Shown: positions 14,352-24,344 of the stretch, piece by piece
Layout of the letters: each line of letters starts with the position of its first letter
How positions within the stretch are numbered: the stretch's first letter is position 1
Assembly (NCBI GenBank): GCA_963626345.1
Contig: CAVFXI010000021.1
Location: 1 to 40,988, forward strand
Origin: Gemmiger formicilis
GTDB lineage: Bacteria; Bacillota_I; Bacilli_A; RFN20; CAG-826
Length of the DNA stretch: 40,988 nucleotides
Direction: 5' to 3'
Program-made: the position numbers and the translations under genes
The notes under the pieces: generated by a model
The model's database searches: none
The model's input: only the letters and a program-made list of their open reading frames with translations
What the model was told of the DNA's origin: nothing

Positions 14352-17203
14352 TTTAAATCATCCTTTCTTTTTTGTTCTTCTTCTAAAACTTTCGCTAGAT
14401 ATTGTCCCGTATAACTATTTAGATTTTTTGCGACTTCTTCTGGAGTTCCAGTTGCAATAATCTGCCCACCTTTATCTCCACCTTCAGGTCCAATATCTAT
14501 GATGTAATCAGCCATTTTTATAACATCTAAATTGTGTTCAATACAAATTATAGTATCGCCGCCATTTACAATTCTTTCAAATATTTTTAAAAGTTTTGCT
14601 ACATCATCAACATGTAAACCAGTAGTTGGTTCATCAAGAATATAAACTGTTTTACCTGTTGGTTGTTTTTGCAAATAATAAGCAAGTTTAATTCTTTGTG
14701 CTTCGCCACCCGATATAGTTGTTGATTGTTGACCAACTTTCATATAACCAAGACCAACATCACAAAGCATCTTAAGTTTTCTTGCTAATTTATGATAATT
14801 TTTAAAGAATTCATAAGCTTCTTCTATTGTCATATCTAAAATATCAGCAATTGTTTTCCCCTTAAAAGTGCATTGGAGGGTTTCATCATTATATCTTTTG
14901 CCACCACATTCATCACAAGTAACATAAACATCAGGCATGAAATTCATTGAAATCCTTACAACACCGTCGCCATAACAATGTTCACATCTCCCGCCAGGAA
15001 TATTGAAACTAAATCTAGATTTAGTGAATCCACGAGCTTTAGCCTCAATAGTAGATGCAAAAATATCTCTAATATCATCAAATGCTTTTACATAAGTTGC
15101 AGGATTCGATCGTGGTGTTCTTCCGATTGGCTCTTGAGAAATATTAATTACTTGATCAATATTTTCTAATCCAGTAATTTTTGAATAAATTCCTGTTTCA
15201 ATGTTTTTACCAAATAATTCTTTATTTACTGCACTTAATAAAGTTTCGTTAACAAGAGAAGATTTCCCACTTCCCGAAATCCCAGTTACACAAACAAAAC
15301 ACCCTAATGGGAACTTGGCAGTAACATTTTTTAAATTATTAGTTTTACAACCACTAATTGTTAAAAATTTTCCATTTCCTTTATTTCTTTCGTATGGAAT
15401 TGCAATATATTTTTTTCCGCTTAAATATTGACCAGTTATGGATTCCTCGGATTTTTCTAAATCTTCAACACTACCTTGAGCAATAATGTTTCCTCCGTGA
15501 ACTCCGGCTCCTGGTCCAACATCAACTAAATAATCTGCGCTTCTAATCATATTTTCATCATGCTCGACAACAATGATTGTATTGCCTAAATCACGCATTT
15601 CTTTTAAAGCGTTAATAAGTTTTTCACTATCTCTTTGATGTAAACCAATTGAAGGTTCATCTAAAACATATAAAACACCAGATAACTTGCTTCCAATTTG
15701 TGTAGCAAGTCTAATTCTTTGTGATTCGCCACCAGATAAAGTCATTGCATAACGTGAAAGAGTTAAATATCCTAAACCAACATTAATTAAAAATGACGAC
15801 CTATTGCATATTTCTTTAACTACCAACTCAGCGATTTTCCATTCATATTCACTTAGATGGTTATGAAGATCACACATAAAATCATAAAATTTTTCTAATG
15901 ATAAACATGTTAGTTCATATATATTTAAACCATTAATTTTAACTGACAAAACTGCATCATTAAGTCTTGCCCCATGACACTTTGTGCAAACTGTATCTTT
16001 TAAAAATTTAGCATAATATTCACGCAAAAATTCACTAGATGTTTCTTTGTACAATCTTTCAATTCTAGTTTTAATGCCTTCAACATAATGATTTTTATTT
16101 GTGATATTTCCTGAAGATGATTTAATGGAATATGAAAGGATTTCTTTTGAACCATTCATAATAATATCAATTTGATCTTTAGTATATTTTGAAAATGGAA
16201 TATTTGTTGGGATTTTATAATAATCTAATAAATATTTAAAATCTTGCCATTCAATATTTTTTGTATTAACTGTATTTTTAAAATAAATAATTGCTCCCTC
16301 ATCAATAGATAAAGTTTTATCTGGAACAAGCAAATCAATATCTACTTCTTGATTAATCCCTAGCCCATTACAATGAGGACAAGCTCCAAGAGGCGAATTA
16401 AACGAAAATAATCTTGGTTCAAGTTTAGGAACTGAAAAACCACATTTTGGACATGCAAAATGTTCGCTATAAAGTTTTTCTTCGCCGTTAATAGAAACAA
16501 GAATATAACCTTTGCTCCAATCAGCAGCAAGTTCAACTGCTTCAAAAATTCTGCTCCTATTTTCTTGCTTTAAAACAATACGATCAATAACTATATCGAT
16601 ATCGTGCCTTTGATTTTTATTTAATTCAGGAACTTCATTAATTAAATAATTCTCCCCATCAATCTTAACTCTTAAAAAACCACTCTTTTTAATTTTTTCT
16701 AATGTATCTTTATGAGTTCCTTTTTCTTCTCTAACAATAGGAGACATAATTATTACTTTAGAATTTTCTTCATTTGTAAAAATAATATCCGTAATTTTTT
16801 GAACACTAAAAGATATGATTGGCTCATTATGTGTTGGACAATAAGGGACGCCAATTCTTGAATATAATAAACGAAGATAGTCATATATCTCAGTAACTGT
16901 CGCGACAGTACTTCTTGGATTGTGTGATTGCGATTTTTGATCAATTGCAATTGATGGAGATAATCCTTCAATTGATTCAACTTCAGGTTTTTCAATTCCA
17001 CCTAAAAATTGTCTAGCATAACTAGATAATGATTCCATATATCTTCTTTGACCTTCAGCAAATATAGTATCAAAAGCTAATGTAGATTTCCCACTGCCTG
17101 AAACACCGGTAAATACTACTAATTTATCTTTTGGAAATGTAACACTAACATTTTTTAGGTTATTTTCACGTGCGCCTTTTACACGAATTTCGTTATTTGA
17201 CAT
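14348..17203 (-). CDS. uvrA: excinuclease ABC subunit A
   Basis: 951 aa with two ABC modules ([18 protein letters not shown]) and zinc-finger CxxC pairs. The N-terminus [13 protein letters not shown] is canonical. The gene ends in TGA. Confidence 0.97.
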   Translation of the reverse strand: MSNNEIRVKGARENNLKNVSVTFPKDKLVVFTGVSGSGKSTLAFDTIFAEGQRRYMESLSSYARQFLGGIEKPEVESIEGLSPSIAIDQKSQSHNPRSTVATVTEIYDYLRLLYSRIGVPYCPTHNEPIISFSVQKITDIIFTNEENSKVIIMSPIVREEKGTHKDTLEKIKKSGFLRVKIDGENYLINEVPELNKNQRHDIDIVIDRIVLKQENRSRIFEAVELAADWSKGYILVSINGEEKLYSEHFACPKCGFSVPKLEPRLFSFNSPLGACPHCNGLGINQEVDIDLLVPDKTLSIDEGAIIYFKNTVNTKNIEWQDFKYLLDYYKIPTNIPFSKYTKDQIDIIMNGSKEILSYSIKSSSGNITNKNHYVEGIKTRIERLYKETSSEFLREYYAKFLKDTVCTKCHGARLNDAVLSVKINGLNIYELTCLSLEKFYDFMCDLHNHLSEYEWKIAELVVKEICNRSSFLINVGLGYLTLSRYAMTLSGGESQRIRLATQIGSKLSGVLYVLDEPSIGLHQRDSEKLINALKEMRDLGNTIIVVEHDENMIRSADYLVDVGPGAGVHGGNIIAQGSVEDLEKSEESITGQYLSGKKYIAIPYERNKGNGKFLTISGCKTNNLKNVTAKFPLGCFVCVTGISGSGKSSLVNETLLSAVNKELFGKNIETGIYSKITGLENIDQVINISQEPIGRTPRSNPATYVKAFDDIRDIFASTIEAKARGFTKSRFSFNIPGGRCEHCYGDGVVRISMNFMPDVYVTCDECGGKRYNDETLQCTFKGKTIADILDMTIEEAYEFFKNYHKLARKLKMLCDVGLGYMKVGQQSTTISGGEAQRIKLAYYLQKQPTGKTVYILDEPTTGLHVDDVAKLLKIFERIVNGGDTIICIEHNLDVIKMADYIIDIGPEGGDKGGQIIATGTPEEVAKNLNSYTGQYLAKVLEEEQKRKDDLK

Positions 17204-17219
17204 AATAATGATTATACCA
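17204..17219 (-). promoter_or_regulatory. extended -10 TGgTATAAT 7 nt upstream of the uvrA ATG (leaderless-type)
   Basis: The minus strand reads ttTGgTATAAT-cattatt-ATG, with the -10 at 17211-17216. No purine-rich SD is present. Confidence 0.5.
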
Positions 17220-17239
17220 AAAAACTTACATATTTAAAG

Positions 17240-17263
17240 ATTCTTACTTATATAAGTAAGAAT
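17240..17263. repeat. perfect 24-bp palindrome ATTCTTACTTAT|ATAAGTAAGAAT between hlyIII stop and uvrA promoter
   Basis: Read directly from the sequence. The arms at 17240-17251 and 17252-17263 are exact reverse complements. It abuts the hlyIII stop codon and the uvrA -35 region. Confidence 0.85.
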
Positions 17264-17970
17264 TAATTTAAAACGTAAAACCAAATTGAAATAAATTGTA
17301 AAACTGTTCCAATAACAACAAAAACATGAAATACAGTATGAAACCACAATGATTTCTTTGCGCCAATTCCATATAAGATTGATCCTATTGTATAAGCAAC
17401 TCCGCCAGATAACATCCATAAATACCCAGCCATAGAAATAGTATTTATTAATTCACTTGATGCTAAAATAATAGTCCAACCGATGATTATATATAAAGAA
17501 GTTGATAGAATTTTGTATTTATGAAAATTAATTGAATTAAACACAATTCCAACAATAACGCCTGTCCAACAAATCCCAAAAATAATCCATCCAATATAAG
17601 GAATAACGCCAAATAAAGTTTGGTTTCTTAATGGGATAAGACAAAATGCAGTATAGCTTCCAGCAATTAACATATAAATGGTATCATGATCTATAACTCT
17701 TAAAACTTTTTTGCCATTATTTTTAAATAAACTATGATAAACGCAACTAATCGTATAACAAATAATCATCCCTGCTCCATAAATTGATACACTAACTATT
17801 CTAAAAATATATTCAGTTTGATTCGCTCCTGTTGCACCCCACAATGTAATTTTTAATAACATTAAAATAGTAACTACAATACCAAATATTGCGCCTAAAC
17901 CATGAGTAATTGCGTTCCATATATCTTGTTTTACTGTGTAATTTGGAAGAGAAATTTCATCTACACTCAT
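17263..17970 (-). CDS. hemolysin III / PAQR-family membrane protein
   Basis: Seven-TM protein with the NAITHGLGA, HDTIY and HxFVV motifs of the HlyIII/YplQ family. The track start at 17982 is a GTG; the ATG at 17970 follows an AAGGTGG SD by 8 nt. Confidence 0.85.
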   Translation of the reverse strand: MSVDEISLPNYTVKQDIWNAITHGLGAIFGIVVTILMLLKITLWGATGANQTEYIFRIVSVSIYGAGMIICYTISCVYHSLFKNNGKKVLRVIDHDTIYMLIAGSYTAFCLIPLRNQTLFGVIPYIGWIIFGICWTGVIVGIVFNSINFHKYKILSTSLYIIIGWTIILASSELINTISMAGYLWMLSGGVAYTIGSILYGIGAKKSLWFHTVFHVFVVIGTVLQFISIWFYVLN

Positions 17971-17987
17971 ATTCAATACCACCTTAT

Positions 17988-18031
17988 CTAGTTTTCAAAA
18001 CTAGCATATATATTTATAGTTTCTTTGTCAA
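17988..18031 (-). promoter_or_regulatory. candidate hlyIII promoter TTGACA-N17-TATGCT with a perfect 17-bp palindrome CTAGTTTTCAAAACTAG over the start site
   Basis: -35 at 18026-18031 and -10 at 18003-18008, both on the minus strand. The palindrome is at 17988-18004, between the -10 and the SD. Confidence 0.45.
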
Positions 18032-18080
18032 TATTAAACTAACTATTTTTAAGATAATTTTAAATGTCAAATATGACATA

Positions 18081-18117
18081 TAAAAAGCCATGCGTGAAAT
18101 AACTAATTTCACGCATG
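18081..18117 (-). terminator. strong rho-independent terminator downstream of the PFOR gene (second of two hairpins)
   Basis: 12-bp stem CATGCGTGAAAT-aacta-ATTTCACGCATG, followed on the minus strand by GCTTTTTA. A weaker CCCA/TGGG hairpin flanked by A/T runs lies at about 18118-18146. Confidence 0.75.
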
Positions 18118-18160
18118 AAAAAAGCCCCAACTAGTGGGACTTTTTATAATTTAATTTAGA

Positions 18161-21100
18161 TTAAAGACCAAATTTCTTAACAGCATTCCATCTTTCTTTT
18201 GCAGCTTCTTCAGCTTTCTTGAATAATTCTTCATATTCTGATGGATTGACTTTTGGAAGCATTGAGAATCTGTTTTCAGTTAATAAGAATTCTCTAAATT
18301 TGCTGAAATCTGGTTCTGCACAATCGAGTTGTAAGCCAGGTTTTCCTTCTTTAACTAAACGTGGATCATATCTCCAAGTTGTAAAGAATCCGCAATCAAC
18401 AGCTTTCTTTTCTTCTTGAATACTATTAACAAGACCACCTTTAATACCTTGGTTAATACATGGAGCATAAGCAATGATTAATGATGGACCATTGTATGAT
18501 TCTGCTTCTTTAAAGGCTTGAATTGCTTTCATTGGGTTTGCACCAAGAGCAATTTGAGCGACATAAACATCGCCATATGCCATAGCAATTAATGCTAAGT
18601 TCTTCTTCTTGGTCTTTTTACCACTTGCAGCAAATTGAGCAATACAACCAGTTTGAGTTGCTTTACTTGCTTGACCACCAGTGTTGGCATATTGTTCATT
18701 ATCTAAGACTAAGACGTTAATATCATCTTCACTTGCGATAACGTGATCTAAACCACCATAACCAATATCGTAGGCGAATCCATCACCACCAATAATCCAA
18801 ACTGATTTATCAAGTAAATCATTCTTGAAGTTCAAGACTTCTTTAATTCCTTCATCTTTACTGCCTTCAACAGCTTTTAAGAGTTCTGGAATAACTTTAC
18901 GAGCTTCTTCTTTATTCTTAATGTTGTCTAAGTATTTCTTAACAACTTCTTTAACGCTATCTTCTACTGAATCACGTTCTAAAGCTGGAACTAAGATTTC
19001 ACTGATTTGTTTTAATTTATAATCAGTTGCAAGTCTCATACCATAACCAAATTCAGCGTTATCTTCAAATAATGAGTTAGCCCAAGCAACACCTTCACCA
19101 TTCTTATCAGTAACAAATGGAGTCATTGGGGTTGAACCATTATAAATTGATGAACAACCTGTAGCATTAGCGATTAATAAATCTCTACCAAAGAGTTGTG
19201 ATAATAATCTATAGTATGGAGTTTCTCCACAACCTTGACATGAACCACTAACTTCTTGATATGGCATTAAGAATCCAACACCTTTAACGGTATTTGTTGG
19301 GAAAATATTTGATTTATATTCAACATGTTTGAATAAATATTGAGCATATTTTTCTTTATCAAATTGTGATTTAGCTTCAACCATCTTTAATGCAAAGTGA
19401 TCATTTCCAGCCTTCTTTGCTGTCTTATTAGCTAAACATTCATTAGCACAAAGTCCGCAACCAACGCAATTCATTGGAGAAATTGAAATAATATATTTCA
19501 TTCCTTTAACTGCTGGGCTACCAATTGCATCTTTGACCATATCAGATAAACCTTCTGGTCCTTTTTTAACTTCATCTTCATTTAATAAGAATGGACGAAT
19601 TGTAGCATGTGGACAAACAAATGCGCATTGATTACATTGGATACAATAATTTTTATCCCAAACTGGAACTTTATCAGCAATTGATCTTCCTTCTTTGAAG
19701 GTGACATTATTTCTCATACTGCCATCTTCTAAACCATCTTTTAAGAATGCACTAGTTGGTAAATCATATCCATCAAGTGTATTAATTGGCATAATGAATT
19801 TATCAAAATATTCATCGCCAGTTTCGGTTCTAACTCTCTTATAATCAAGATTTGCCCATTCTGGTTTAACTTCGACTTTTCTCAAGCCTTCAGTACCTGA
19901 ATCGATTGCTTTATAGTTGAGTTTAACAACTTCTTCACCCTTCTTAGCATAGGTCTTTTCAGCTAATTTCTTCATCCAAATATTAGCTTCGCTATAAGGC
20001 ATGATTTGTTCATTTAAATGGAAGAATGCTGATTGAAGAATTGTATTGGTATGTCTTCCCATACCGATTTCAAGAGCAATCTTATTTGCATCAATAACAT
20101 AGAATTTAACATGTTTTGTAGCAAGTTGCCATTTAACTCTATTTGGTAATAATTTTTCGAGTGTGGCATCATCCATATCAGTATTTAATAAGAATGTTCC
20201 ACCATCTTTTAAGTCTTTTAAAATATCAAATCTAAACATATATGTATCAAGTGAAACACTGATAAAGTCAGCATGTTGAACATAGTATGTTGAGTGAATT
20301 GGTTCTTTACCAAATCTTAAGTGGCTACGAGTGACACCACCTGATTTACGGCTATCATAAGCAAAATATGCTTGTGCATATTGGTGAGTTGCATCACCAA
20401 TAATCTTAATTGATGATTTATTTGCACCAACTGTACCATCACTACCTAAACCATAGAATAAGCATGAAGTATAGTTATGAGCAATTTCATATTTGTCATC
20501 TTTAATTGGGACTGATAAGTGAGTAACATCATCTTCAATACCTAAAGTGAAATCGTGATGTGCTTCGCTTGATTCCATCCAATCATAAACAGCTTTAATG
20601 TGTTTTGGTTGAGTATCGTGGCTACCTAAACCATATCTTCCACCGATAACCTTAATACCTGTCTTGCCGGTGAGATTTAATGAAGAAACAACATCTTCAT
20701 AGAGTGGTTCGCCAACAGCACCCTTTTCTTTAGTTCTATCTAAAACAGCAATTGTCTTAACTGTTTCTGGAAGAACACTAACAAAATCTTTTGCACTAAA
20801 TGGTCTATAAAGAATAACTTTGAGTAAACCAACTTTTTCGCCTTTTTTATTTAAGTCTTCAACAACTTCAAGAGCAGTTTCAGTAACACTACCCATAGCA
20901 ACAATTACTTTAGTTGCATCTTTTGCACCAACATAAACAAATGGAGCATATTCTCTACCTGTAAGTCTTGTAGCTTCCTTGAAGTATTTCTTAGCAACTT
21001 CTAAGACTTTTTCTCCATGTCTATTTTGTGCTTCTAAACCAGTGAAGTAGATATCATCATTTTCAGCACCACCTCTAGTAACTGGATTTGAATGTGGGTT

Positions 21101-21733
21101 TAAAGCTCTCTTTCTAAATTCTTCAACTTTATCCCATGGCATTAATTTACGGTATTCTTCATCATCAACGAATTCAACATTTTGAATTTCATGTGAAGTT
21201 CTGAAACCATCAAAGAAATGACATACTGGGAATGATGCATCAATAGCAATCAAGTGTGAAATTGGAGTTAAATCAGCAACTTCTTGAACTGAATGTGAAC
21301 AAATCATTGCAATTCCTGATTGTCTTAATGCGTAAACATCTTGATGATCACCAAAAATACATAATGATCTAGATGCTAATGAACGAGCACTAACTTCCAT
21401 AACTGCTGGTAATTCTTCACCAACCCATTTATAGACGTTAGGAATCATTAATAATAAACCTTGTGAAGCTGTAAATGTGGTTCCATAGGTTCCTGCTTGT
21501 ATAGCACCATGAAGAGCGCCTGATGCGCCACCTTCAGATTGCATTTCACAGACTTTAACGGTGCTTCCAAAGAAATTTTTCTTTCCTTGAGCAGCATAAA
21601 CATCAACGTGATCGGCCATTGGTGAAGATGGAGTAATTGGGAAAATTGCAGCAACTTCAGTAAAACAATATGATCCTAAAGCAGCGGCAGTATTACCATC
21701 AACACTCAAAAAGGTCTTTTTTATTTCTGCCAT
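18161..21733 (-). CDS. nifJ: pyruvate:ferredoxin (flavodoxin) oxidoreductase
   Basis: About 1190 aa single-chain PFOR with two ferredoxin-type CxxCxxCxxxCP motifs (CIQCNQCAFVCP, CVGCGLCANEC) and a TPP GDG motif. The ATG at 21733 follows an AAAGGAGAA SD; the track start at 21760 would include the SD in the coding sequence. Confidence 0.95.
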   Translation of the reverse strand: MAEIKKTFLSVDGNTAAALGSYCFTEVAAIFPITPSSPMADHVDVYAAQGKKNFFGSTVKVCEMQSEGGASGALHGAIQAGTYGTTFTASQGLLLMIPNVYKWVGEELPAVMEVSARSLASRSLCIFGDHQDVYALRQSGIAMICSHSVQEVADLTPISHLIAIDASFPVCHFFDGFRTSHEIQNVEFVDDEEYRKLMPWDKVEEFRKRALNPHSNPVTRGGAENDDIYFTGLEAQNRHGEKVLEVAKKYFKEATRLTGREYAPFVYVGAKDATKVIVAMGSVTETALEVVEDLNKKGEKVGLLKVILYRPFSAKDFVSVLPETVKTIAVLDRTKEKGAVGEPLYEDVVSSLNLTGKTGIKVIGGRYGLGSHDTQPKHIKAVYDWMESSEAHHDFTLGIEDDVTHLSVPIKDDKYEIAHNYTSCLFYGLGSDGTVGANKSSIKIIGDATHQYAQAYFAYDSRKSGGVTRSHLRFGKEPIHSTYYVQHADFISVSLDTYMFRFDILKDLKDGGTFLLNTDMDDATLEKLLPNRVKWQLATKHVKFYVIDANKIALEIGMGRHTNTILQSAFFHLNEQIMPYSEANIWMKKLAEKTYAKKGEEVVKLNYKAIDSGTEGLRKVEVKPEWANLDYKRVRTETGDEYFDKFIMPINTLDGYDLPTSAFLKDGLEDGSMRNNVTFKEGRSIADKVPVWDKNYCIQCNQCAFVCPHATIRPFLLNEDEVKKGPEGLSDMVKDAIGSPAVKGMKYIISISPMNCVGCGLCANECLANKTAKKAGNDHFALKMVEAKSQFDKEKYAQYLFKHVEYKSNIFPTNTVKGVGFLMPYQEVSGSCQGCGETPYYRLLSQLFGRDLLIANATGCSSIYNGSTPMTPFVTDKNGEGVAWANSLFEDNAEFGYGMRLATDYKLKQISEILVPALERDSVEDSVKEVVKKYLDNIKNKEEARKVIPELLKAVEGSKDEGIKEVLNFKNDLLDKSVWIIGGDGFAYDIGYGGLDHVIASEDDINVLVLDNEQYANTGGQASKATQTGCIAQFAASGKKTKKKNLALIAMAYGDVYVAQIALGANPMKAIQAFKEAESYNGPSLIIAYAPCINQGIKGGLVNSIQEEKKAVDCGFFTTWRYDPRLVKEGKPGLQLDCAEPDFSKFREFLLTENRFSMLPKVNPSEYEELFKKAEEAAKERWNAVKKFGL

Positions 21734-21764
21734 ATTTATAAGTTCTCCTTTGACATACAAAATT

Positions 21765-21792
21765 ATTATATAATTTTAACTATGATTTTCAA
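21765..21792 (-). promoter_or_regulatory. candidate PFOR promoter TTGAAA-N16-TATAAT
   Basis: -35 at 21787-21792 and -10 at 21765-21770 on the minus strand. This gives a leader of about 25 nt containing the SD. Confidence 0.55.
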
Positions 21793-21926
21793 TTGAAAGA
21801 AATAAAAAATACATGCTTTTATTCATGTCTATTCTTCTAGCACTAAAAATTTTTATTTTTAATTTATAAATCAAATATAGTTTTTCCAAAATATGACATG
21901 CTTTTTTTGGGATGCAAATACCTAAA

Positions 21927-22343
21927 TCACTTCTTTTTTGGACACTCATTTTTCAATAAACGCATTAAGATTTTTTTATCTTTAGGTGTAATTTTATATC
22001 CAGTATCAAGTATGCCACCAGTAGTCATCACGCATGAAATATAATCGATAAAATCTCTATATTCAGTATATTCACCATGAGAAATTCGTTTTTCCTTTTT
22101 AACGTTTTCTTTAAGCAACTTTGCTTCTTCGTTTCTAATATATTCTTGTATATCTGGAATTAAATCTTTTAAGTTATGGTTTGGGTCAAGTCTAATCATG
22201 TCATAAAAATTTTCAACATAACTAAAAATTGCTTCTTGATCTAAACCCATCTCTTTAGATAAATTTTCGCACGTAAAAACCTTTTTATTTGTCTTTTCTA
22301 AAATCCTTAAAACCTTGTTAGCATTTGTCTTATTTGGTTTCAT
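21927..22343 (-). CDS. hypothetical protein, possible N-terminal winged-helix
   Basis: 138-aa ORF of unrecognised family. The N-terminus KVLRILEKTNKKVFTCENLSKEMGLDQEAIFSYV looks HTH-like. No SD; a TATATT lies 6 nt upstream of the ATG. Confidence 0.55.
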   Translation of the reverse strand: MKPNKTNANKVLRILEKTNKKVFTCENLSKEMGLDQEAIFSYVENFYDMIRLDPNHNLKDLIPDIQEYIRNEEAKLLKENVKKEKRISHGEYTEYRDFIDYISCVMTTGGILDTGYKITPKDKKILMRLLKNECPKKK

Positions 22344-22379
22344 ATATTAAATATAATTCAAAAACAAAATAAAAACAAA

Positions 22380-24278
22380 TTACTTATCATTTTCTTCTAA
22401 AATTCCAAGTATTTCGTAATACCTCGTTTCTAAATTAGATTTCTCTTCATTTAAATCAGCGTATTCATCATATTTAGTCGATGGATCGCTGAACTTTTCA
22501 TCTATGACATCTAAACTTAATTCAATATCAGCCATCTCTTCTTGAAGTTTTTGAATGGCATTATTAGATAATTTCTCTTTCTTTTTTTCAGGAAGTTTTT
22601 CTTTTATTAAATTTTTCTCCAACTCTTTTAAATCAATATGCTCTTGTTCTCTATTCATTGCTTCGAGTTTTAATTTTAAATCATCATAATTTCCTTCAAC
22701 TAATAAAGCTTGAGTTGGAGTTAAATATAATGTTTCATTAGCAAGTTCGTTTATAAAATAACGATCATGAGAAACAAAAATTATACAACCATCATAGTTT
22801 TTTAAAGCTTCGATTAAACATTCTTTAGTTATCATATCAAGATGGTTTGTTGGTTCATCAAGTACCAATACTTCATAGCTACTCATGGTTAATGCGCACA
22901 AAATAAGACGCATTTTTTCGCCATTACTCATCAATCCTGTTGATTTAAATATGTCATCGCCCTTGAATAAAAATTTCCCTAAATTTCCTCTTAGTTCTTT
23001 ATCTAATTTATTTGGAAATTTTTCTCTTAAATATTCAATAGCATCAGTATTTTTTTCAAATGTATAATCGTTTTGTTTAATATAACCAACTTGAATGCCT
23101 CTTAATGGTTTTATGGAACCCTTATAAAGATTAATATCGCCAACAATAGATTTGACTAATGTGGTTTTACCTATTCCATTATCACCAACAATTGCTAGTC
23201 TATCTTGACCGTATAAAACAAATGAAAATTCAGGGCACAAAGGTTTATCATATCCAACAACAACATTAGAAAATTTTAAAACTTGTTTATTTGCTAAAAC
23301 ACTTCCTTCAATTTTAAAGTTAATCTTTCTGTTTTCCTCTTTAGGGACTTCGGTTCTATTCGCTTCAAGTTTTGCAAGTTTTTTCTCTCTATCATGAGCT
23401 CTACTTGCAAATCTTGGTTTAGGCATATAAAACTCAATAAATCTTTTGTATTTTTCAATTTGTCTTTCTTCTTTAATTGATTGTTTTAACAAAGATTCAT
23501 AATTTTGCTTTTTAGCTATTAAATAATTATCATACCCCATGTTATAAGCTATTAATTTATGACTTTCGAGTTCTAAAATTTTAGTTGCTAAAGAGTTTAA
23601 AAAGTAACGATCGTGTGATATAAAAAAGATTGTTCCTTCATAATTTTTAAGAAAACCTTCTAGCCACTCAATAGTTGAAACATCAATATGATTTGTAGGT
23701 TCATCAAGAAGTAAAATATCATAATTAAAAAGCAATATTTTTATGAAGGCAATTTTCATTCTCTCACCACCACTTAAAGATGAAATTTTTCTATCAAGAT
23801 AAGACAAGTCAAAATTAAATTTAGAAAGATATTCCTTTATTTCGTTTTTATATGTATATCCTCTTTCTTTTTCAAAATCTTGTAATAAATTATTGTATTT
23901 TTCTAGTAATTTTTCATTTGTTGAATCTCGTTTAATTTGTTCCCCTAATTCTTCAATTTGACTTTCCATTTTTATTTGTTTTTCAAAAGCCAATAATAAC
24001 TCTTGTTCAACAGTATGATTAATATCTGAAATACAATTTTGATCTAAATATCCAATAGAACTTCCCTTTAAAATGGAAATTTCGCCTACTTTATCTTCTT
24101 TAGGTACAAGTGTTGGTTCTTCAATACCTAGAATAAGTTTGAAAAGAGTCGTTTTACCAGCGCCATTATTTCCTATTAAAGCAACCTTTTCACCTTTGTT
24201 CACAGTAAAAGAAACATGATCTAAAATCAAGGTGCTCGAATAATACTTTGTCACGTTGTTAAAAGTAATTACAGACAT
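22380..24278 (-). CDS. ABC-F family ATPase (Uup/YdiF-like, with C-terminal coiled coil)
   Basis: Two ABC modules without TM domains (GNNGAGKTT/LSGGERMK, GDNGIGKTT/MSNGEKMR), an interdomain linker and a K/E-rich C-terminal tail. The track start at 24338 is a TTG giving a non-homologous hydrophobic extension; the ATG at 24278 (MSVITFNNVTKYY) matches ABC-F N-termini. Confidence 0.85.
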   Translation of the reverse strand: MSVITFNNVTKYYSSTLILDHVSFTVNKGEKVALIGNNGAGKTTLFKLILGIEEPTLVPKEDKVGEISILKGSSIGYLDQNCISDINHTVEQELLLAFEKQIKMESQIEELGEQIKRDSTNEKLLEKYNNLLQDFEKERGYTYKNEIKEYLSKFNFDLSYLDRKISSLSGGERMKIAFIKILLFNYDILLLDEPTNHIDVSTIEWLEGFLKNYEGTIFFISHDRYFLNSLATKILELESHKLIAYNMGYDNYLIAKKQNYESLLKQSIKEERQIEKYKRFIEFYMPKPRFASRAHDREKKLAKLEANRTEVPKEENRKINFKIEGSVLANKQVLKFSNVVVGYDKPLCPEFSFVLYGQDRLAIVGDNGIGKTTLVKSIVGDINLYKGSIKPLRGIQVGYIKQNDYTFEKNTDAIEYLREKFPNKLDKELRGNLGKFLFKGDDIFKSTGLMSNGEKMRLILCALTMSSYEVLVLDEPTNHLDMITKECLIEALKNYDGCIIFVSHDRYFINELANETLYLTPTQALLVEGNYDDLKLKLEAMNREQEHIDLKELEKNLIKEKLPEKKKEKLSNNAIQKLQEEMADIELSLDVIDEKFSDPSTKYDEYADLNEEKSNLETRYYEILGILEENDK

Positions 24279-24344
24279 AACTAAAAGAATAAATAATTGA
24301 TTAATTAAAAACAAGTGGGAATTGCATATGTTTTTCAAATATGA

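Noticed and set aside
17234-17419. 61-aa minus-strand ORF overlapping the end of hlyIII and the 24-bp palindrome.
   Set aside because: It is an alternate frame of the hlyIII 3' region and encodes a Cys/Trp-rich nonsense-like sequence with no start signals.
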